A stretch of 31,862 bases of DNA from an uncultured Lachnospiraceae bacterium (GTDB lineage: Bacteria > Bacillota > Clostridia > Lachnospirales > Lachnospiraceae), in contig CAMGCK010000022.1 in NCBI GenBank assembly GCA_946040795.1, forward strand, positions 1-31,862, given 5' to 3'. Position numbers and translations under genes: made by a program. Shown piece after piece: positions 26,507-31,862 of this stretch (the first letter of the stretch is position 1; every line of letters begins with the position of its first letter). The notes beneath the pieces were generated by a model. It had not been told where the DNA came from, did not search any database, and worked only from the letters and a program-made list of their open reading frames with translations.

Positions 26507-26571
26507 CACTATAAGTTCATTGACAGGGGAACCGGCATCAGCCGGAAAAGTATGATTTGAAGGAGAAAAAC

Positions 26572-27543
26572 ATGGGACTTTTTGACAAGATTAAAGGCCA
26601 GTTAGCCAATGTAGTTGAATGGAACGATATGGCAGATGATGCCATCTTCTACAAATGGAATAATGAAGAGATCAAGAAAGGCAGTAAGCTTATCATCCGT
26701 CCGGCACAGGATGCCATTTTCCTGTATCAGGGCCGCATTGAAGGTATCTTTACGGATGAGGGTGAGTACAACATCGAGTCTGACATCATCCCGTTCTTAA
26801 GCACGTTAAAGGGCTTCAAGTTCGGCTTTGATACCGGCCTTCGCGCGGAAGTACTGTTTGTCAATACCCGTGAATTTGAAGTGACCTGGGGCACCAAGAA
26901 CGCGCTGAATCTTCCGGTTCAGGGTCTTCCGGGCGGTATGCCGATCCGTGCCTTTGGTCTTTATACCTGCAAGGTCGGTGATTATACCGTACTCATTGAC
27001 AAGGTTGCCGGCATTCAGAAGAACTACAATGCAGATGACATCAAGTCCCGTCTTTCCGCTATCACCGATCAGCTTCTCATGAAGTGGATCGTCAAGGAAG
27101 GCAAGGACATGTTCAATATCCAGGCCAATGCATATGAGATCAGCCAGGGTATTCAGGAAGATATCAATAAGGAACTTTCCAAGATCGGCATGGAATGCAC
27201 CAGCTTCCAGATCCAGAGTGTTTCTTATCCGGATTCTGTCCGTGAGATGCAGGAGAAGGCCGCAGGCCAGTCCATGGTCGGTGACCTCAATGCATACAGC
27301 ACCATCGGTATGGTGGACAGCATGGGTAAGCCGGGCAGCAGCGCTAACGGCGCGGCTCAGATGGCTCAGATGATGATGGGCATGCAGATGGGCCAGCAGA
27401 TGGTCAATAATATGAACAATGCACAGCAGGCAGCTCCGGCACAGGCAGCTGCAGCAGGAACGGCTCCGAAGTTCTGCCCGAACTGCGGAACCCCGACCAA
27501 TGGAGCAAAATTCTGCTCTGAGTGCGGAACCAAGTTGGTATAA
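26572..27543 (+). CDS. SPFH/band-7 domain protein with a Gln/Met-rich low-complexity segment and a C-terminal zinc-ribbon (YdjI-like)
   Basis: 323 aa. The N-terminus is MGLFDKIKGQLANVVEWND. There is a central band-7-like domain. The C-terminus ...MAQMMMGMQMGQQMVNNMNNAQQAAPAQAAAAG... ends in the double CxxC ribbon FCPNCG...FCSECG. RBS GAAGGAG lies 6 nt before the ATG. Confidence 0.75.
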   Translation: MGLFDKIKGQLANVVEWNDMADDAIFYKWNNEEIKKGSKLIIRPAQDAIFLYQGRIEGIFTDEGEYNIESDIIPFLSTLKGFKFGFDTGLRAEVLFVNTREFEVTWGTKNALNLPVQGLPGGMPIRAFGLYTCKVGDYTVLIDKVAGIQKNYNADDIKSRLSAITDQLLMKWIVKEGKDMFNIQANAYEISQGIQEDINKELSKIGMECTSFQIQSVSYPDSVREMQEKAAGQSMVGDLNAYSTIGMVDSMGKPGSSANGAAQMAQMMMGMQMGQQMVNNMNNAQQAAPAQAAAAGTAPKFCPNCGTPTNGAKFCSECGTKLV

Positions 27544-27554
27544 TCTGAAGTTTC

Positions 27555-27590
27555 ATGAGCCGGGCGTAAGAGCCCGGCTCATTTTCTTTT
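27555..27590 (+). terminator. rho-independent terminator after the SPFH gene
   Basis: ATGAGCCGGGC-GTAAGA-GCCCGGCTCAT forms an 11-bp stem and is followed by TTTCTTTT. Confidence 0.8.
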
Positions 27591-27605
27591 AACAAGGAGA
27601 CAACC

Positions 27606-29849
27606 ATGCAGGATAAGTATGCCATGCTGAATAATGAACAGCGCGAGGCGGTCTTCCATACGGAGGGCCCGCTTCTGATTCTTGCGGGTGCCGGCGCGGG
27701 AAAGACCCGTGTGCTGACCCATCGAATCGCGTATCTGATCGAGGAGATGAACGTTCCGCCTTATAATATCATGGCCATCACGTTCACGAACAAGGCTGCG
27801 CAGGAGATGAAGGACCGTGTGCTGCAGATGGTGGATTTTGGTGACTCGGTCTGGGTATCCACATTCCATTCCAGCTGTGTGCGGATCCTGAGAAGGCACA
27901 TTGATTTCCTGGGCTACGACACGGACTTTTCCATTTATGATACAGACGATCAGAAAACGCTTCTGAAGCATGTCATCAAGGACATGGATCTGGACCCCAA
28001 GGTCTATAAGGAAAAGATACTTGCAGGCTATATTTCCGCAGCAAAAAACGAGATGCTGGAGCCGGAGGACAAGCGCCGCGAGGCAGCAAGCTATCGGGAT
28101 CGCGTCCATGCTGATATTTATGAGGAATATCAGAAGCGTATGAAGGCCAATAACGCGCTGGACTTTGACGATCTTCTGATCCTGACGGTCAAGCTTCTTC
28201 GTGAAAACAAGGAAGTCCTGCGGTATTATCAGAACCGCTTCCGCTATATCATGGTGGATGAGTATCAGGATACCAATCATGTCCAGTTTGAGCTGGTGCG
28301 TCTTCTGGCGGAATCGCACAAGAATCTCTGCGTGGTCGGTGACGATGATCAGTCCATTTACCGTTTCCGCGGTGCCGATATCCGCAACATTCTGGAATTT
28401 GAGGAACATTTTCCGGGAACAAAGGTCATCAAGCTGGAGCAGAACTATCGGTCCACAACGCACATTCTGGATGCGGCCAATGCTGTCATCCACCACAACG
28501 CAAACCGTAAGGACAAGCATCTGTGGTCCGAGCTTGGCGAGGGCGATACCGTGGATTTTCACGAATATCTGACCGGCAGCGAGGAGGCGGAGGAAGTCGT
28601 CCGAAAGGTGCGCCGCGCAGTAATGAACGGAGAAAACTACCGGGATTTTGCGGTGCTGTATCGTACCAATGCGCAATCCCGTGCATTTGAAGAAAAATGT
28701 ATCAGTTATAATGTGCCGTACCGTCTGGTGGGCGGCGTGAATTTCTATCAGCGTCAGGAAATCAAGGATCTGATCGCGTATCTGAAAACCATTGCGAACG
28801 GACGGGATGACATCGCCACACAGCGTATCATCAATGTTCCCAAGCGCGGCATCGGTCAGACGACCATCGACAAGCTGCTGGCGTACGGAATGGCACACGA
28901 TATGTCGCTGATGGACGTGATCAACCATGCAAGCTCCGTGCCGGGCGTGGAGCGTGCCGTGAGCAAGCTGCAGGTGTTCAGCCACATGATCGGGGAACTG
29001 AAGCATGCGGAGATGGACATCGACGAGCTTCTGAAGGCGGTCATCGAGAAAACCGGATATTTGATGACGCTGGAGGATTTTGAACAGGAAAAGGCTGAAC
29101 AGAAGCGCGAGAACATCGACGAACTGATTTCCAAGGCCAAGGATTTTACAGACAGCTGGGAGGAGGAGATGCCGCCCACACTGACGGATTTTCTGGAAGA
29201 AGTGGCACTTATTGCCGATGTGGATTCCATGGACGCTGATGAGGACCGACTGATTCTGATGACCCTGCATTCTTCCAAAGGCCTGGAATTTCCGACGGTT
29301 TTCCTGTGTGGTATGGAGGACGGTCTGTTCCCGTCCTATATGTCCATTGATTCCGGAGATCCGATGGATATTGAAGAGGAGCGCCGTCTGTGCTACGTAG
29401 GTATCACACGTGCCATGCGGCATCTGTATATTTCCGCGGCAAAATCACGTATGGTCCGCGGTGAGACGATGTTCAATACGGTCAGCCGTTTTGTGAAGGA
29501 ACTTCCGGAGGAGATCCGCGAGGCATCCGGGGCGTTTGCTCCGAAGAAACCCAAGACGCAGTATTCCTTTGGTGGTTATGAAGGAAGCCCGGGGTTTGAT
29601 GGCGGCGGATACGGCTCCGGTGAGACCCGCAAAGCACCGGCCAAGGCCACTTTCGGCAAGACCTTTGAGATCAAAAAGGACTCCAGTCTGGAGTACGGCA
29701 TCGGCGACCGGGTTCGTCACATTAAATTCGGCGACGGCACGGTGCTGGACATTGTGGACGGAAAAAAGGATTTTGAGGTTACCGTTGATTTTGATACAGC
29801 GGGAGAGAAGCGGATGTTTGCAAGCTTCGCGAAACTGAAAAAGATATGA
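27606..29849 (+). CDS. pcrA: ATP-dependent DNA helicase PcrA (UvrD family)
   Basis: 747 aa. It has LNNEQREAV, Walker A AGAGAGKTRVLTHRIAYLI and DEYQDTN, plus a Gly-rich spacer and a KFGDGTVLDI Tudor-like C-terminal domain typical of PcrA/UvrD. RBS AAGGAGACAACC precedes the ATG. Confidence 0.9.
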   Translation: MQDKYAMLNNEQREAVFHTEGPLLILAGAGAGKTRVLTHRIAYLIEEMNVPPYNIMAITFTNKAAQEMKDRVLQMVDFGDSVWVSTFHSSCVRILRRHIDFLGYDTDFSIYDTDDQKTLLKHVIKDMDLDPKVYKEKILAGYISAAKNEMLEPEDKRREAASYRDRVHADIYEEYQKRMKANNALDFDDLLILTVKLLRENKEVLRYYQNRFRYIMVDEYQDTNHVQFELVRLLAESHKNLCVVGDDDQSIYRFRGADIRNILEFEEHFPGTKVIKLEQNYRSTTHILDAANAVIHHNANRKDKHLWSELGEGDTVDFHEYLTGSEEAEEVVRKVRRAVMNGENYRDFAVLYRTNAQSRAFEEKCISYNVPYRLVGGVNFYQRQEIKDLIAYLKTIANGRDDIATQRIINVPKRGIGQTTIDKLLAYGMAHDMSLMDVINHASSVPGVERAVSKLQVFSHMIGELKHAEMDIDELLKAVIEKTGYLMTLEDFEQEKAEQKRENIDELISKAKDFTDSWEEEMPPTLTDFLEEVALIADVDSMDADEDRLILMTLHSSKGLEFPTVFLCGMEDGLFPSYMSIDSGDPMDIEEERRLCYVGITRAMRHLYISAAKSRMVRGETMFNTVSRFVKELPEEIREASGAFAPKKPKTQYSFGGYEGSPGFDGGGYGSGETRKAPAKATFGKTFEIKKDSSLEYGIGDRVRHIKFGDGTVLDIVDGKKDFEVTVDFDTAGEKRMFASFAKLKKI

Positions 29850-29854
29850 TGATG

Positions 29855-29880
29855 CCGGAGATTTCGGGATTTTTTATATA
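29855..29880 (+). terminator. possible short intrinsic terminator after pcrA
   Basis: CCGGAGATTTCGG is a 5-bp stem with a G-U pair, followed by GATTTTTTAT. The stem is weak. Confidence 0.3.
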
Positions 29881-29891
29881 CAATATTCTTA

Positions 29892-29921
29892 TTTACATAA
29901 CAAAGAAGCGCGTGTTATAAT
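29892..29921 (+). promoter_or_regulatory. promoter for glnS (TTTACA, 18 nt spacer, TG-extended TATAAT)
   Basis: TTTACA is at 29892-29897. gTGtTATAAT is at 29912-29921. A ~110-nt leader runs to ATG 30033 and contains GGGGGACGTCCGGGG at 29939-29953. Confidence 0.5.
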
Positions 29922-30032
29922 TGCCTTTTAAAGGTGACGGGGGACGTCCGGGGCGGAAGGCTCCGCTTCCCTGTGAAATACGGACCTGTGCGTCTGCAAA
30001 AATGACCGGATTTTTATAAAGGAGTGTGGGAC

Positions 30033-31766
30033 ATGGCAGAAGAACTGAAGAACACAGAAACTGCAGAAGTTGAAAACCGCAACTTTATCTACGATTTTAT
30101 CGAGGAAGACATCGCCGAAGGCGGACAGTATGAAGGAATGACCGTTCATACCCGTTTCCCGCCGGAACCGAATGGTTATCTGCACATCGGCCACTGCAAG
30201 GCACTTTGCATTGACTTTGGCATGGCAGAACGTTTTGGCGGTATCTGCAACCTCCGCATGGATGATACCAATCCCGCAAAGGAAGACACCGAATATGTTG
30301 AAGCTATCCAGCAGGATATTCACTGGCTGGGCTTTGACTGGGGCGATCGTTTCTTCTATGGTTCCGATTATTTTGAAAAGGACTATGAGTATGCCGTTGA
30401 ACTGATCAAGAAGGGCCTCGCTTATGTCTGCGAAATGACCCCGGAAGAGTTCAAGGCGAACCGCGGTGATACGACCACGCCGGCTACCTCTCCGTATCGT
30501 GACCGTCCCATCGAGGAGAATCTGGCTCTTTTTGAGAAGATGAAGAACGGTGAAGTGGAAGAAGGTAAGATGACGCTGCGTGCAAAGATCGACCTTGCAA
30601 GCGGCAACTTCAACATGCGTGACCCGGTTATTTACCGTATCCGTTATATCAATCATCATCGTCAGGGCACCAAGTGGTGCATCTTCCCGATGTATGACTT
30701 TGCACATCCCATTCAGGACGCGCTGGAAGGCATTACGCATTCACTGTGCTCCCTGGAGTATGAAGACCATCGTCCGCTGTATGACTGGGTCGTAACGAAT
30801 GTTTCCATTCCGTACCACAAGCCGCGTCAGATCGAGTTTGCGCGTCTGGGTATTGATCATACAGTCATGAGTAAGCGTAAGCTGCGTCAGCTGGTTGAAC
30901 AGAAGTATGTTTCCGGCTGGGACGATCCCCGTATGCCTACTCTTTGCGGTCTTCGCCGCCGCGGTTATACCGCAAAGTCCATCCGTGACTTCTGCGAAGT
31001 AATCGGCGTAGGTAAGAGCACCAATGTCATTGAGTTCCGCGAACTGGAGCGCTGCCTGCGTGATGACCTCAACCTGACGGCTGAGCGTACCATGGCGGTT
31101 CTGCATCCGGTTAAGCTGACGGTTACCAATTATCCGGAAGGACAGTCTGAAGTCTTCACCGTGGAGAACAACCCGACCGATCCGGCACAGGGTACACACG
31201 AGATCACCTTCAGCCGTAATCTCTGGATTGAAGCGGAAGACTTCATGGAGAACCCGATTCCGAAGTACAAGAGAATGTATCCGGGCAACGAGGTTCGCTT
31301 AAAGGGTGCATATCTGGTAACCTGCACAGGCTGTGTAAAGGATGACGAGGGCAATGTCGTCGAAGTCCTTTGCGAGTACGATCCGCAGTCCCGCGGCGGT
31401 GACCCGGCTGACGGACGCAAGGTCAAGGGCGCAACGATGCACTGGATCGATGCCAGCAATTGTGTGGATGCAGAGGTCCGTCTGTATGACAATCTGTTCA
31501 GCGATGTTCAGCCGGATGGCCCGGACAAGAACTTCCTGGAGTGCATGAATCCGGAGAGCCTGACTGTTCTGAACGGCTGCAAGGTTGAAAAGAACATGGT
31601 TGAGATTGCCAAGGCCTTCGATGAAGCAGAGAACCGCACCGGTGTCAATGCACCGACCTTCCAGTTCATGCGTACCGGCTTCTTCTGCATGGATAATCGT
31701 GACTGCTCCGCAGATCATCTGGTATTCAACAGAAGTGTATCCTTAAAGGATGGCTTTAAGAAGTAA
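30033..31766 (+). CDS. glnS: glutaminyl-tRNA synthetase
   Basis: 577 aa from ATG 30033, with RBS AAAGGAG 8 nt upstream. The GTG at 30024 was rejected. The segment RFPPEPNGYLHIGHCKALCIDFG...CNLRMDDTNPAKEDTEYVEAIQQDIHWLGF is almost colinear with E. coli GlnRS around the HIGH motif, as recalled from memory. Confidence 0.9.
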   Translation: MAEELKNTETAEVENRNFIYDFIEEDIAEGGQYEGMTVHTRFPPEPNGYLHIGHCKALCIDFGMAERFGGICNLRMDDTNPAKEDTEYVEAIQQDIHWLGFDWGDRFFYGSDYFEKDYEYAVELIKKGLAYVCEMTPEEFKANRGDTTTPATSPYRDRPIEENLALFEKMKNGEVEEGKMTLRAKIDLASGNFNMRDPVIYRIRYINHHRQGTKWCIFPMYDFAHPIQDALEGITHSLCSLEYEDHRPLYDWVVTNVSIPYHKPRQIEFARLGIDHTVMSKRKLRQLVEQKYVSGWDDPRMPTLCGLRRRGYTAKSIRDFCEVIGVGKSTNVIEFRELERCLRDDLNLTAERTMAVLHPVKLTVTNYPEGQSEVFTVENNPTDPAQGTHEITFSRNLWIEAEDFMENPIPKYKRMYPGNEVRLKGAYLVTCTGCVKDDEGNVVEVLCEYDPQSRGGDPADGRKVKGATMHWIDASNCVDAEVRLYDNLFSDVQPDGPDKNFLECMNPESLTVLNGCKVEKNMVEIAKAFDEAENRTGVNAPTFQFMRTGFFCMDNRDCSADHLVFNRSVSLKDGFKK

Positions 31767-31780
31767 TTCATAAACAGAAA

Positions 31781-31816
31781 AGGGCTGCGGCGTTTGCCGC
31801 AGCCCTTATTTGTTTG
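31781..31816 (+). terminator. rho-independent terminator of glnS
   Basis: AGGGCTGCGGC-GTTT-GCCGCAGCCCT forms an 11-bp stem and is followed by TATTTGTTT. Confidence 0.85.
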
Positions 31817-31862
31817 CGCGCCATGGGCGCGCTCTAACGGGTGAAAGTCCCGAACACGCCCA

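Noticed and set aside
29850-30032. T-box leader upstream of glnS
   Set aside because: The leader is only ~110 nt from the predicted promoter. There is no AGGGTGGNACCGCG T-box motif and no specifier or antiterminator architecture.

Overview
This 31.9-kb window is GC-rich (about 55%) and its gene content resembles a Firmicutes/Clostridia chromosome. Nearly all genes are on the + strand, and Shine-Dalgarno sites are clear. In order, the window holds the following.

- A truncated alpha/beta-hydrolase gene on the - strand.
- A MATE efflux pump.
- A YczE/YitT-like membrane protein.
- A GH31 alpha-xylosidase (YicI-like).
- An NhaC-family Na+/H+ antiporter.
- A convergent FAD-dependent oxidoreductase on the - strand.
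- A CadC/ArsR-type metal-resistance module: ArsR repressor, a small HMA domain protein with a CANC motif, and a CPC-type P1B-2 ATPase.
- purC, behind a roughly 700-bp AT-rich leader.
- Two tandem pairs of heterodimeric ABC exporters, separated by a small PAS-domain protein.
- A second MATE pump, translationally coupled to a 63-aa CxxC protein.
- A GH27 alpha-galactosidase.
- An S11 D-Ala-D-Ala carboxypeptidase with cell-wall-binding repeats.
- A membrane-anchored SGNH-like hydrolase.
- An SPFH/band-7 protein with a C-terminal zinc ribbon.
- pcrA and glnS.

No tRNA or rRNA genes, CRISPR arrays, transposases or integrases were detected. The most unusual signals are non-coding.

- A family of short GC-rich hairpin-forming elements is built around AACGTCCCC and TGGGACA. 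Copies occur in at least four intergenic regions.
- Two and a half 57-bp tandem repeats with nested palindromes lie between the HMA gene and the P-type ATPase gene. Those two genes are in the same reading frame.
- The last 40 nt of the window resemble the core of a structured RNA, but the window ends before it can be judged.

No database search or folding calculation could be run. All homology calls rest on motifs read directly from the translations.
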